A model generated the notes under the pieces. That model did no database searches and was not told the origin of the DNA. It saw only the letters and a list, made by a program, of their open reading frames with translations. Below are positions 1-8,912 of a stretch of DNA of 64,000 nt, one piece after another (position 1 is the first letter of the stretch; the number at the start of each line of letters is the position of its first letter). A program made the translations under genes and the position numbers. The stretch is from positions 3,368 through 67,367 of the forward strand of contig CAYOHI010000005.1 in NCBI GenBank assembly GCA_964403725.1, written 5' to 3'. Origin of the DNA: an uncultured Candidatus Saccharibacteria bacterium. GTDB lineage: Bacteria > Patescibacteriota > Minisyncoccia > Portnoybacterales > UBA2143.

Positions 1-315
1 CAAGGCGATTATGGAAGTGACGATCTGCAAGTCTTTTGAAGAAGCGCTAGCTGGCACTTCGTCTTTCTTGATCTTTACATCCATCTTAACCACTCTTTGG
101 ATTAAAGGGATTTTGATGTAGAGACCCTCATCAAAAACCTTATCCTTAACAGCGCCGAATTGGAGAAGAACCCCTCTTTCTCCGGCTCCGATCGTGCCGA
201 AAGCGCCAAAGATGATAATTAGGCCGACAACGACGTAAAGACCGCGCTTGATTAAAGTCTTAGGATCAAAATTCCTCATTTTTTGATTAATTTCGACAAT
301 TCTATCTGTATCCAT
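1..315 (-). CDS. SPFH/band-7 (HflK/HflC/prohibitin-like) membrane protein, N-terminal part; runs off window start
   Basis: Minus-strand ATG at 313-315; translation MDTDRIVEINQKMRNFDPKTLIKRGLYVVVGLIIIFGAFGTIGAGERGVLLQFGAVKDKVFDEGLYIKIPLIQRVVKMDVKI has a TM anchor followed by the typical SPFH N-terminal motif (ERGVLL.FG...GLH/YIKIP). Confidence 0.6.
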   Translation of the reverse strand, partial: MDTDRIVEINQKMRNFDPKTLIKRGLYVVVGLIIIFGAFGTIGAGERGVLLQFGAVKDKVFDEGLYIKIPLIQRVVKMDVKIKKDEVPASASSKDLQIVTSIIAL

Positions 316-452
316 ATTTTTAAATTCCTTTTCAATTTATCCCCCTTACAAATTAGAAAAGAAATGATTAATGTATATTCATTTTACATAAAAAACAAAG
401 GACCGTCCAGTTGTGGACGATCCCGAGGAAAACTTCTTTCATTTGAATATGC

Positions 453-908
453 CTAGGCAAAAACCGTTTCTGGCAGGATTTGATCGATAGAATGGCTTTC
501 AGCAACCTGAGCCACCATCTCGTCAATATCAATATCAAGCCTGACAGCTTTGGTTGTCAGGGCCCTTAATACACATGCTTCCAAGGTGTCATCAATAGCC
601 TCGGATAACACTCTGGCCCATTCTTGAAGACGGTTAAGGTGGTCAGGATTTAAGGATTTTCGAATCTTGGCAAAAATTCCAGCTGCATCAAACCTATTTC
701 TGAAAACAGCTTGTTCGACACACGCCAGACAGGCCGTCTCATCGCTGTCGCTGAAGCCGGTATGCGGTCGCTCGTGATCCATGCAGTATGCATCGGATTC
801 CTCCGCACATTTGAGACAGGCCATTGTATTTAAAGACCCATCTTCTTTCTTGATCGGTAATAGGATTGATAAATCGACATCCTTGACTCCGCAAATCTCG
901 CAATTCAT
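453..908 (-). CDS. small Cys-rich zinc-ribbon-like protein (family member A), unknown function
   Basis: 151 aa ORF; N-terminus MNCEICGVK...MACLKCAEES has two CxxC pairs; RBS aaaaggggga is 6 nt upstream of the ATG; local GC is higher than the surroundings. Confidence 0.5.
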   Translation of the reverse strand: MNCEICGVKDVDLSILLPIKKEDGSLNTMACLKCAEESDAYCMDHERPHTGFSDSDETACLACVEQAVFRNRFDAAGIFAKIRKSLNPDHLNRLQEWARVLSEAIDDTLEACVLRALTTKAVRLDIDIDEMVAQVAESHSIDQILPETVFA

Positions 909-951
909 AGCATCCCCCTTTTGTAGAAGTTGACTGGATTTTAAGAAACTA

Positions 952-1425
952 CTAAGGAAACAGGTGCTTGACTGTCATCTGCACCATATATGTAATCTGA
1001 GCAATGGTCGCTGAAACTAATAGGTTAAAACTCCATTGTTCAAGCTTGAATCCGTTAAAACCAACTGCTTGGAAATATGCAAAGGCGAAAATGGCAACAG
1101 TTTCAAAAGCCAGGAAGAAGAATAGGGTGAAAAGTGAAATTTTCTTCAACTTGATATCCTGCTCAAAGGCCTTGTTTTCCAATTCTCTGGCTCGGTCATC
1201 AATTTCAGTGCTAATTTCTTTCTTGGCTACCAAAGGCGTATATGAAGTCAGATCTTCAGATTTTTTCTGATTAAGCAGAACATTAATTTGATCAAGTTCT
1301 TCTTCTTGGCGGGCTACCTCCTCTTCGATTGTGCGTCCGTCAATAAGCATGGTTATGTAATCAATCCTAATTTCTCCAAACGAAGGCTCATGATTGAAAT
1401 TGGAACCTTGAATATCTTGGCGCAC
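952..1425 (-). CDS. hypothetical membrane protein (true start probably the internal Met near 1350)
   Basis: ORF with a C-terminal hydrophobic stretch FTLFFFLAFETVAIFAFAYF; the ORF-track start overlaps the upstream gene by 73 nt, whereas an internal ATG at 1348-1350 abuts the upstream stop. Confidence 0.4.
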   Translation of the reverse strand: MRQDIQGSNFNHEPSFGEIRIDYITMLIDGRTIEEEVARQEEELDQINVLLNQKKSEDLTSYTPLVAKKEISTEIDDRARELENKAFEQDIKLKKISLFTLFFFLAFETVAIFAFAYFQAVGFNGFKLEQWSFNLLVSATIAQITYMVQMTVKHLFP

Positions 1426-1895
1426 TCTTCAACATTCTTGAATGAATTCCAGGCTTTGACAACCAGATCTTCGGGCATGATCAGGATTGAGGCGAATTGG
1501 TTCGCTTCTGCCTTGATGATTGAAGGCAGATACGAGACTGTTCCTTCCATAGGATAGGTCGAAGGCTCGTCATCTGAAAAATCACCACGGTCAACAATCA
1601 TTCCTCTCCTTTTAATGATTCCTTGGTGGAGGAAATAGTGGCCTAGTTCGTAGGCTATGATGAAATATTGGAAAGCTTCAGATCTTTTTTCATTGACTAA
1701 GATCTTGAACTTGTTGGTCGTAAAGTCATAGTTAATGACTCCTGAAATTTCATCTCCAGGAAGCTCATCTGAAACAAAGACATCCAGATCTGTCTTTTCC
1801 TTTATGATCTTTTCAAAAGGAAAAGGAGCCAGATTTTCCGGATTGTATAGCCTGGCTATTTCCTCAGCCTTTCTTTTTACATTCATTTCATTCAT
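1353..1895 (-). CDS. ImmA/IrrE-family (DUF955) metallopeptidase-like protein with non-canonical HEXXH (YELGH)
   Basis: IIAYELGHYFLH aligns to the ImmA motif (F)TLAHELGH.L.H but with Tyr at the first His; a downstream EANQFASILIMPEDLV matches the conserved ImmA E..FA..LLMP segment. Confidence 0.55.
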   Translation of the reverse strand: MNEMNVKRKAEEIARLYNPENLAPFPFEKIIKEKTDLDVFVSDELPGDEISGVINYDFTTNKFKILVNEKRSEAFQYFIIAYELGHYFLHQGIIKRRGMIVDRGDFSDDEPSTYPMEGTVSYLPSIIKAEANQFASILIMPEDLVVKAWNSFKNVEECAKIFKVPISIMSLRLEKLGLIT

Positions 1896-1899
1896 AATC

Positions 1900-2679
1900 T
1901 TAAGTCCTGTCTAAGAAAACGACAGCATGGCCTTCTTCATAGATGCTGTCATCTGTCAGCTCGATGGTTTCCGGACCACCCCAGAGGCCCATTTCCATGC
2001 CGACCCTGAAAGTATCCCCGTTGAAGATCCAATGCTTCTTGTTATCTTTGCCGATAACGTAAACTTTTTTTGAATTTGGGTTTCTTATTAATTTATTCAT
2101 AATATTTTGATTATTACTCAAACAGCTGTTGTATTCAACAACAACATCCTTTAAGAGCTGATTATAGCTTCGGCCGCTGTTGCCCAATCCGTTTTCCGGA
2201 TCAGACCTCCTGCCTGGATCCAAAATATGGTGGCCGACAATTGACTTGTTGGGATCCAGATTGAACTTATGGCAGATATATGCCAGTGTCCAGAGATATC
2301 TTTTATACGCTTCATCTGCATTGATACTGCTGCCATAGCAATATTCTACGCCGATAGCCGCGTCATTGGCATTGTGACCGTAAATTTCGTTATCCTTGGT
2401 CAATTGGTATCTGACATGCCAGGCTTTTTCAGGATCAGATGTCAAAGCTGGCACGCATTCGATAATCTCTTTGTCATCCACAAAGAGATGAGCAGAAGCA
2501 TAGATTTCATTTTGGCTGTTCTTGTAGTAATTGACGTTTCCTTGGGCAGTAGAGTTTGCATTGCCCGTATCATGGGCAACAATGAATTTTACGCTTGGTG
2601 AAATTAAAATACCTGCCCTCCTTTTCGTCCCCCTTGTTAGATAATCTGCCTTGATAGTATATTTCTGTTTAAATGCCAT
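1900..2679 (-). CDS. N-acetylmuramoyl-L-alanine amidase (amidase_2/PGRP fold, endolysin-like) with a C-terminal extra domain
   Basis: FIVAHDTGN...ASAHLFVDD...GHHILDPGRRSDP are the signature segments of zinc amidase_2/PGRP. Confidence 0.7.
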   Translation of the reverse strand: MAFKQKYTIKADYLTRGTKRRAGILISPSVKFIVAHDTGNANSTAQGNVNYYKNSQNEIYASAHLFVDDKEIIECVPALTSDPEKAWHVRYQLTKDNEIYGHNANDAAIGVEYCYGSSINADEAYKRYLWTLAYICHKFNLDPNKSIVGHHILDPGRRSDPENGLGNSGRSYNQLLKDVVVEYNSCLSNNQNIMNKLIRNPNSKKVYVIGKDNKKHWIFNGDTFRVGMEMGLWGGPETIELTDDSIYEEGHAVVFLDRT

Positions 2680-3430
2680 TTTTAATCTGTTTGATCGCTT
2701 TTAGAATAAGCTTCTTTACGTTATCTGCATTTTCCTTCATGACTGATAGGATCATTTCCCAGGTAACCGGCTCTTCGTTTTCAAGCCAACAGTCATAGTC
2801 CGTAGCCATAGCTATTGAAGCATAGCACATATTCAGTTCATTAGCCAAGATTACTTCTGGCGTAGTCGACATATTGATGACATCTGCTCCCAGTTTTCTG
2901 AACATATGGCTTTCTGCTCTGGTTGAAAACCTAGGTCCTTCAATAGTCACCATGGTTCCTTTAGTGTGATGAGGGATTTTTAATTGCTTGGCAGTTTTGA
3001 TTAAGATTTTCCTTAAATTCTCATCAAAAGGATCAGCCATAGGGGTATGCACTACTTTTTTCTTGTCGAAAAACGTCAGATCCCTGTGTTTAGTGAAATC
3101 AATAAATTGATCTAAGAAAACCAATTGCCTTGGCTTAATTTTCTTCCTTAATGAACCGCAAGCCGTAGTGGCAATGATGTGAGTCACGCCAGCCTTGTGC
3201 AGAGCCCAGATATTCGCCCTGAAAGGAACGAGTGTCGGCATAATATTGTGCTTCTTGCCATGCCTGGCCAAAACGACGACATCTGTCCCATCTATCTTGC
3301 CAGTTATCAATTTAGAAGCAGTTTTGCCATATGGCGTCTTGACTTCCTTTTCCTTGGCGTTCTTCAATATTTTAGGATCATCTATGCCGCTGCCGCCAAT
3401 GACCCCAATTTTAATCTTATTCGCTGTCAT
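2669..3430 (-). CDS. mtnP: S-methyl-5'-thioadenosine phosphorylase
   Basis: Near-colinear identity blocks with MTAP: KIGVIGGSG, VLARHG, ATTACGSL, FLDQFIDFT, GTMVTIEGPRFSTRAES, GADVINMSTTPE, YASIAMATDYDCW. Confidence 0.92.
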   Translation of the reverse strand: MTANKIKIGVIGGSGIDDPKILKNAKEKEVKTPYGKTASKLITGKIDGTDVVVLARHGKKHNIMPTLVPFRANIWALHKAGVTHIIATTACGSLRKKIKPRQLVFLDQFIDFTKHRDLTFFDKKKVVHTPMADPFDENLRKILIKTAKQLKIPHHTKGTMVTIEGPRFSTRAESHMFRKLGADVINMSTTPEVILANELNMCYASIAMATDYDCWLENEEPVTWEMILSVMKENADNVKKLILKAIKQIKNGI

Positions 3431-3947
3431 ATGATACTAGACTTCTTACCTTATACCCTCTCTCTTCTAATTTCTTAGAACCCCCGAGAAAAGGCAAGTC
3501 AATAATGAAGTGCACTTCTTTAATTTCTCCCCCTAATTCTTCAATCAGGTCACAGGCCGCTACAGATGTTCCACCAGTAGCAGATAGGTCATCAATTAAG
3601 ACAACCTTGTCTCCTTTTTTAATCGCATCCTTGTGCATCTGGATAGTGGCCTGGCCGTATTCTAAATCATAGTCAGCTTCAATCGTATTATACGGAAGCT
3701 TTCCCTTTTTTCTGACAATCGATAGGCCAATTCCCAGTTTGTAGGCTACCGGAGCGGCAAAAAGGAATCCCCTGGCATCAATACCGACAATCTTATCTAT
3801 TTCCTTATCTTTGAAAAACTCACAGAGCTGATCTATGGTTTGCTTAAAAGCTTCTGGATCTTCCAGAATAGTTGTTACATCTTTGAAATTGACGCCTTTC
3901 TTGGGCCAATCTTGCACACCTCTAATTTTATCTTTTAAATCAATCAT
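3417..3947 (-). CDS. apt: adenine phosphoribosyltransferase
   Basis: PRTase type I motif VVLIDDLSATGGTSVAAC; length 176 aa; overlaps the mtnP start by 14 nt, so the two are likely an operon. Confidence 0.9.
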   Translation of the reverse strand: MIDLKDKIRGVQDWPKKGVNFKDVTTILEDPEAFKQTIDQLCEFFKDKEIDKIVGIDARGFLFAAPVAYKLGIGLSIVRKKGKLPYNTIEADYDLEYGQATIQMHKDAIKKGDKVVLIDDLSATGGTSVAACDLIEELGGEIKEVHFIIDLPFLGGSKKLEERGYKVRSLVSYDSE

Positions 3948-4064
3948 ATTTTTTATTTAATTTATTTATTAATTACTTGACAAATTATTCCAGTTTGTTA
4001 GAATTATATTATCACGAAGGGGAAAAGACTTTAAGGTTCGTCCTTAAAGCGACGCCCCTTTTTT

Positions 4065-4565
4065 TTATTTTGATCTTTTTCCAAGTTTGTTTTCTAAATT
4101 ATCCATATAGTCCATATGTTTTCTAAATTTCCAGAGAAGACTGGAATATGCTTTTCTGTTTGGGATAATAATGCGACCCAATTTATCTCCTTTTTCCAAA
4201 TACTCAATCAGACAATGAAAATCGCCATCGCCTGAAACTATCATAGCCTTATCATAATTCTTGTATTCAATCATTGTATGCAAAACTAATTCTGCATCAA
4301 CATTACCCTTAATCCGCACACTCCCATCCTCTTCTTTTATTTCCAAAGTCGGCTTAAAGACACAAATGTATCCAGCACTTTGCAAGTATGTATAAAGGGC
4401 TTCATTGCCTGGAACATAGCCGATAAAGAGATAAGCTTTCTTTATCTTATACTTATCTTTTAGATATACAAAAAATCTGGCAAAATCTAAATCCCATCCT
4501 TGACTTTTAACGCCAAGATTTAAATTCTGACTATCTATGAAGGCATAGTTATTTTCCTTCTTCAT
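4065..4565 (-). CDS. NYN-domain (LabA/PIN-like) putative RNase
   Basis: N-terminal YAFIDSQNL and MIVSGDGDF match the NYN/DUF88 acidic motifs. Confidence 0.65.
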   Translation of the reverse strand: MKKENNYAFIDSQNLNLGVKSQGWDLDFARFFVYLKDKYKIKKAYLFIGYVPGNEALYTYLQSAGYICVFKPTLEIKEEDGSVRIKGNVDAELVLHTMIEYKNYDKAMIVSGDGDFHCLIEYLEKGDKLGRIIIPNRKAYSSLLWKFRKHMDYMDNLENKLGKRSK

Positions 4566-4585
4566 GTATGTATTTTAGCATAAAA

Positions 4586-4613
4586 AACAACCGCTTAAAA
4601 GCGGTGTTTTTTA
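4586..4613 (-). terminator. intrinsic terminator downstream of the DM13 gene
   Basis: Hairpin aaccgc-ttaaaa-gcggt; on the minus strand it is followed by a T-run (tgttttttat). Confidence 0.6.
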
Positions 4614-4627
4614 CTGTTTTTGAAATA

Positions 4628-5182
4628 TTAATTTATTTCCGCGTAGTTGAACAAAACGCTAAATGGCACGCACCAATACATGACGTACTTGTAGTCATAG
4701 ATATTAACATCTTCAGGAACAGGATAATTAATATTCCCTTTTGTTCCTTTAATTTCTCCTAAATCAACAAATTCACTGGCTTCTAAATCTTTTGCTAAAT
4801 AGACGCGCAAGTTAGGCCCATTGATTGTTTCAAATCTCTCATAACGGACAATACTCCCTGTCTCGGTTTTCAGAATCCTGACATAGCCGCTAGCTGGATG
4901 CCCTTTCGTACCCATAACTGGGAACAAGGTAATTTCTTCTGGCAATGATTCTGGTACTTCTTCGTCCATGTCAGAGACTTCCATATCTTTCATTTCTTCC
5001 ATTTCCTTGTCAAATTCCTGCTTTTGCTCATCAGTCAGATCCTCAACGCCGCTTGGCATTTCTTGGATAATATCATTTGGCAAAGCATCATCTACTTCAA
5101 TTTCATTGAATAAAGGAGAAATGGCGTAATATCCTACGCCTAGGATTATTAGAGTAATGATAACAATGATAATTTTCTTCAT
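4628..5182 (-). CDS. DM13-domain protein with N-terminal signal anchor
   Basis: GHPASGYVRILKTETGSIVRYERFETINGPNLRVYLAKD matches the DM13 consensus (GH.ASG..R...L.F.T.NGPDLRVYL); N-terminal TM helix. Confidence 0.6.
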   Translation of the reverse strand: MKKIIIVIITLIILGVGYYAISPLFNEIEVDDALPNDIIQEMPSGVEDLTDEQKQEFDKEMEEMKDMEVSDMDEEVPESLPEEITLFPVMGTKGHPASGYVRILKTETGSIVRYERFETINGPNLRVYLAKDLEASEFVDLGEIKGTKGNINYPVPEDVNIYDYKYVMYWCVPFSVLFNYAEIN

Positions 5183-5586
5183 TTTAGTCTATTAATTAAT
5201 ATTTGAATAAAGGATCCTAAGCCAGCTAAAGCAATGGCTAGGTATCCATACCAAACAAAAGGGGTTAAAAAGTAGAGGAAAGTTGTGAATAGGGCCAGCC
5301 AGACACCAGTACACCAAGGGCATCCTAATAGCTTAGAAATTGTCCTGCCTGGACCAGTCTCAAATCTTTTAAAGAAGGCTCTAACAAAATCCATGGCCAT
5401 ATCATAGACAAACAATTGAATTAGCCTAAAAACAACTAAGCCTATTAAAAAGAAATCGAACAAAGGTATGTCTGTTGGCAATTTATCAACAGAGTGGAGA
5501 TAAATACTAAAAATGATGACCAGGAATACATAGAGACAGCTGAAGATAAAGTTCCAGATATATTGTTCATTTGTCTTGTTATTCAT
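5179..5586 (-). CDS. DUF1360-family membrane protein
   Basis: GCPWCTGVWLALF motif inside a multi-TM small protein; overlaps the downstream gene by 4 nt. Confidence 0.55.
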   Translation of the reverse strand: MNNKTNEQYIWNFIFSCLYVFLVIIFSIYLHSVDKLPTDIPLFDFFLIGLVVFRLIQLFVYDMAMDFVRAFFKRFETGPGRTISKLLGCPWCTGVWLALFTTFLYFLTPFVWYGYLAIALAGLGSFIQILINRLK

Positions 5587-5590
5587 GTTT

Positions 5591-6586
5591 TTAATTTAAA
5601 AGATTAATATATTCCCTATTAGCTATTTGTGATGCTTCTCTATAATCCATCCTCTTGCCCATCCTAATATCTAGTAATTCTTCTAAATTCTGGTTAAATT
5701 CTTTTGGATTAGCAGAATTAACTAAATCACGGACAACCTCTTCACTTTCTCGTCCTGTTAAATTAATCAATTCTTCTTCAACATTATCAATTTCTTTTTT
5801 GAGTCTTTTTTCAAGTAATTCTTTTAATACATCTTTAGTTGATTCTCCTTGATTAACTCTTTTAATCATTTCAGAGACCCCTTGATACCTGATATCTTCT
5901 ACGTATTCATCCCATCTGTCTGTTAAATGATCTTCCAATTCGCTTTCAGACCAATCATTTTTCATCATTAAGTATGTTTTTAATAATTTAATATCAACGC
6001 CCCATTTAATTTCTCCTTTCCTCAGTTCGCCTTCTCTGGTCATTTCTGGATTAGATAACGTCTTGATTTTATCAAAAATCATTTCTTCTGGAGACAAGAC
6101 CAGGAATTCCTTATCTCCACTTTTGACTTCTTGTCTTGGGAAATGAGGCAGATCTTCTCTGTGCAAGACATCTATCATTTCATTACTGCCACTAACTTGT
6201 CCTCTTTTTATTCTTTTAGATTCTTTATCCCAGCCGAAATCAGTCATGATTCCATCGTGGTTTTCCAAAGATACACCGATATCAAAATCATTTTTACCGC
6301 CGGCAATCCTTTGTTCTAAGATATTCAAACCTTTGCCTTCTTCTAATTCGTTAAACATCAAGTACATTCCCATGCTGCCTAAGATAATGAATTCCCTATC
6401 TGTTGATTTTTCAATAGCTCCTATTACTTCTTCACAGTGACCAATTACAGTTTCTAATTTAGAACCTTCTGGTGCTTCAATATCATGGCTGGTTGAAGAA
6501 ATTTTTTCTGGGATTTTCTCTTCCTCTATTTGTTCAATAGAATACGGATTAAGCTCTGATTTTTGTTCTGGTGATTCAAATGACAT
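5591..6586 (-). CDS. hypothetical protein (acidic, coiled-coil C-terminus)
   Basis: 331 aa ORF, tightly packed after the upstream gene; no confident motif (ILGSMG...DFDIGV is spaced too far apart for a pol-beta nucleotidyltransferase). Confidence 0.4.
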   Translation of the reverse strand: MSFESPEQKSELNPYSIEQIEEEKIPEKISSTSHDIEAPEGSKLETVIGHCEEVIGAIEKSTDREFIILGSMGMYLMFNELEEGKGLNILEQRIAGGKNDFDIGVSLENHDGIMTDFGWDKESKRIKRGQVSGSNEMIDVLHREDLPHFPRQEVKSGDKEFLVLSPEEMIFDKIKTLSNPEMTREGELRKGEIKWGVDIKLLKTYLMMKNDWSESELEDHLTDRWDEYVEDIRYQGVSEMIKRVNQGESTKDVLKELLEKRLKKEIDNVEEELINLTGRESEEVVRDLVNSANPKEFNQNLEELLDIRMGKRMDYREASQIANREYINLLN

Positions 6587-6609
6587 ATATTGATTATATC
6601 AAAATTAAA

Positions 6610-6659
6610 AGAAGACTGGAAGTGAGCAAATGACCTATTAATTCTCATTCCAGTCTTCT
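6610..6659 (-). terminator. long-stem hairpin terminator (bidirectional in appearance)
   Basis: 12-bp stem agaagactggaa/ttccagtcttct with a T-rich tract on both sides. Confidence 0.55.
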
Positions 6660-6701
6660 ATTGTATATTACTTATGGGTCCCCCTTTTTCTTTCAAAAGA
6701 A

Positions 6702-7073
6702 CTACAGATGGATGAATTTTCTGATTTCGTCCAGGAGAATAATACCATCGCGAAGACAATCCAGATCCGCTTTGCCAGTCCTTTGACAGAAATATACTGG
6801 CTTCCCTTTGCCTCTGGCATAGCCGATCTCAGCAGTGACAAAAGTTCCAATATACCCCTGAAAGCAAAGAACATAGAGGGCTTGTGAAATGTCAATTGCC
6901 CGAAAATGGTCGAAAATGAGCCTCCTTTGCGTTTCTTCGTCAAGCTCTTCCTTACTCAATCCTGAATCCAGATTAGGAAACAGAGCTTGAATGCCAATTT
7001 CGTTAAAATGGATTATGGCTTCTCTGACTGACGACTCAAACCTCATGCTGGAACTTAGACAAATAGTTTTCAT
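6702..7073 (-). CDS. nucleoside 2-deoxyribosyltransferase-like (DNPH1/Rcl superfamily) protein
   Basis: MKTICLSSSMRF...DHFRAIDISQALYVLC..GYIGTFVTAEIGYARGKGKPVYF fits the NDT family (KIYLAGP.F ... D.GTAFE.GYA.A.GKPV); start taken at the internal Met at 7073 to avoid overlap with the upstream gene (the ORF track extends to 7133). Confidence 0.5.
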   Translation of the reverse strand: MKTICLSSSMRFESSVREAIIHFNEIGIQALFPNLDSGLSKEELDEETQRRLIFDHFRAIDISQALYVLCFQGYIGTFVTAEIGYARGKGKPVYFCQRTGKADLDCLRDGIILLDEIRKFIHL

Positions 7074-7092
7074 GACTATCCCTCTTTTGTTG

Positions 7093-8058
7093 TTAATACC
7101 AAATAGTCTTTGTTCTATGGTAGGGTTTGTCATCCGATGATTTTACCTGACCCTTAAACCAAATAATACCATCAATATTTGCTGCGTTTGCCTGTTTGAA
7201 TTTAATCTTTGCCTTTCTAGTCATTTCGTCAATAGCTTTTATGGTGAATGCTCTGATTTCAATTTCTTCATTGCTTCCAGCTGACAATTCAATTAAATTA
7301 TCAACTTTAGAAGATAATTCATCTGCATATTTAATAATTCCTAATTTCCTTAATATTTGAGGAACTTTGTAATCTGCAAAAGCTGTTATTTTATCGACAT
7401 TTGATATTTTAATTTCTGTGAGGCCAAGCTTCGTTATGTCATGAGCAACATAGGCTGGAATGAGCTGGGCTCTTTTATAGAATTTAACTAAATGACCATT
7501 GTATTCGGCTTCATCTTTAAAAACATCTGGAAAATATTTTACTAGAGTTTTAACAATATCAACAGCATCATAATTTCCTTTTTCTAATACTTTTATCCAG
7601 GAATTATTAAAATTCTTTTTCATTGATTTACCTAAGCTTCTTAAAAGCAAAAGCCTTTCTTGGAATAAAGGGATTTCAATGTTTCCCTTTAAGATATTAG
7701 CTAAATCTTTTTCTGGTAAATCTGCTAAATAATTGGGGTCAAGTAATGGATAGCTGTCATTAATAGCTGAGACTAAAGCTCTAGTTAATCCAGCACAGCC
7801 ATCATAGTATTCATTTTTATATTTAATAGTCCATTTTGGTTCGCCCCAATAGCAAAAATTAATTGTATTATATACAATCATATATCCTATGTGATCTTCT
7901 TGTTTGTTCGATGAAATGACAGTGTCAGAATTAAATTCAGATTGTTCGAAATCTGAGTCTTTTAAAGAATTAACAAAATCATCAATAGCCCTGCTATTGA
8001 TTTTTATTAATTTAGAACTATTGATTGCTGGCTTTATGGATTCTAGGATTTCTTGCAT
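7093..8058 (-). CDS. queuosine-salvage family protein (DUF2419/Q_salvage, QNG1-like)
   Basis: 321 aa; NTINFCYWGEP and ITAFADYKVPQILRKLG..Y resemble conserved blocks of the Q_salvage family as I recall them; typical size for the family. Confidence 0.5.
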   Translation of the reverse strand: MQEILESIKPAINSSKLIKINSRAIDDFVNSLKDSDFEQSEFNSDTVISSNKQEDHIGYMIVYNTINFCYWGEPKWTIKYKNEYYDGCAGLTRALVSAINDSYPLLDPNYLADLPEKDLANILKGNIEIPLFQERLLLLRSLGKSMKKNFNNSWIKVLEKGNYDAVDIVKTLVKYFPDVFKDEAEYNGHLVKFYKRAQLIPAYVAHDITKLGLTEIKISNVDKITAFADYKVPQILRKLGIIKYADELSSKVDNLIELSAGSNEEIEIRAFTIKAIDEMTRKAKIKFKQANAANIDGIIWFKGQVKSSDDKPYHRTKTIWY

Positions 8059-8059
8059 A

Positions 8060-8809
8060 TTATTCTATTAATTTAGTAAATTTCAGTATCTTTCTATACT
8101 GGAAAAAAATAAAAGACCAAGCAAAAAGAAGTAATAGATAAGCAAGAGCTACAACCCACCAACACAGAGAGATAGTAGTTACTGTATCCATCATTCCAAT
8201 CGATGTAGTTGCTAAGTTGGCAATATAATTTTTCCCTTCTAGACGTTTTTTGTTTTCAATATCATCTATATTAACTAATATGGGATATGTAAATTCTGGC
8301 GATGAAGAATTTTGCCTAAATCTGTTAATTAAAACATTTTTACAATCCTTACTTCCCTTTTCAGTAAAAAAATTATAACCATCCAACTGATTAATAGCTA
8401 CATTAGAAGCTTGATCTTCGTCTACTATGCCATTAATATAAACTACATTTTTATTAACCAAACAAACTTTATGATAAGGAAGAAATGAAAAAACACCAAG
8501 TTTTTCCGTGATGCCTCTAGAAACTTCTTTTTCAAAATTATTATTTTCTAAATCTGATTTCTGTTCACCAAATTTAACTAAAGAATCATCTTTAGTAGAT
8601 TCATAAAAATAATCTACTAATTCAAAAACCCTATCAACCTCTTCACGATTAATATTTTCCGCCCCTTTTAATTCGAAATTTGTCTTAAATAAGGGGTTTT
8701 CTTCGAATTCTATTTTATACCACAAGAAACATGGTACAACTGGCGGCAAAAATAACAAGAACAAACTCAAAGACCAAAGGATTTTTTTAAATATCTTTTT
8801 AGAAGTCAT
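8060..8809 (-). CDS. hypothetical membrane protein (N- and C-terminal TM helices)
   Basis: 249 aa ORF; stop/start coupled with the upstream gene (2-nt gap). Confidence 0.45.
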   Translation of the reverse strand: MTSKKIFKKILWSLSLFLLFLPPVVPCFLWYKIEFEENPLFKTNFELKGAENINREEVDRVFELVDYFYESTKDDSLVKFGEQKSDLENNNFEKEVSRGITEKLGVFSFLPYHKVCLVNKNVVYINGIVDEDQASNVAINQLDGYNFFTEKGSKDCKNVLINRFRQNSSSPEFTYPILVNIDDIENKKRLEGKNYIANLATTSIGMMDTVTTISLCWWVVALAYLLLLFAWSFIFFQYRKILKFTKLIE

Positions 8810-8834
8810 TATTTGTAACTATTTTGTATATTTG

Positions 8835-8907
8835 CTGGGGAGGAGGGATTCGAACCCCCGCAATGCACGGATCAAAACCGTGTGCCTTACCACTTGGCGA
8901 CTCCCCA
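8835..8907 (-). tRNA. tRNA-Gln (anticodon TTG), CCA not encoded
   Basis: Minus-strand sequence TGGGGAGTCGCCAAGTGGTAAGGCACACGGTTTTGATCCGTGCATTGCGGGGGTTCGAATCCCTCCTCCCCAG; close to E. coli tRNA-Gln (UGGGG..UCGCCAAG.GGUAAGGCAC.GG.UUUUGAU.CCG.CAUUC..GGUUCGAAUCC...CCCCAG); anticodon loop TTTTGAT. Confidence 0.85.
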
Positions 8908-8912
8908 ATATA

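Noticed and set aside
3948-4062. Nested GC-rich hairpin plus TTGACA box upstream of apt, considered as another sRNA
   Set aside because: The hairpin sits directly downstream of the minus-strand NYN gene and upstream of the apt promoter. It is most simply a terminator/insulator between the two, and the plus-strand -10 element is poor.
6668-6943. 91-aa ORF overlapping the NDT-like gene in another frame
   Set aside because: It overlaps 6702-7073, which has a recognisable family signature. It has no RBS and is likely spurious.
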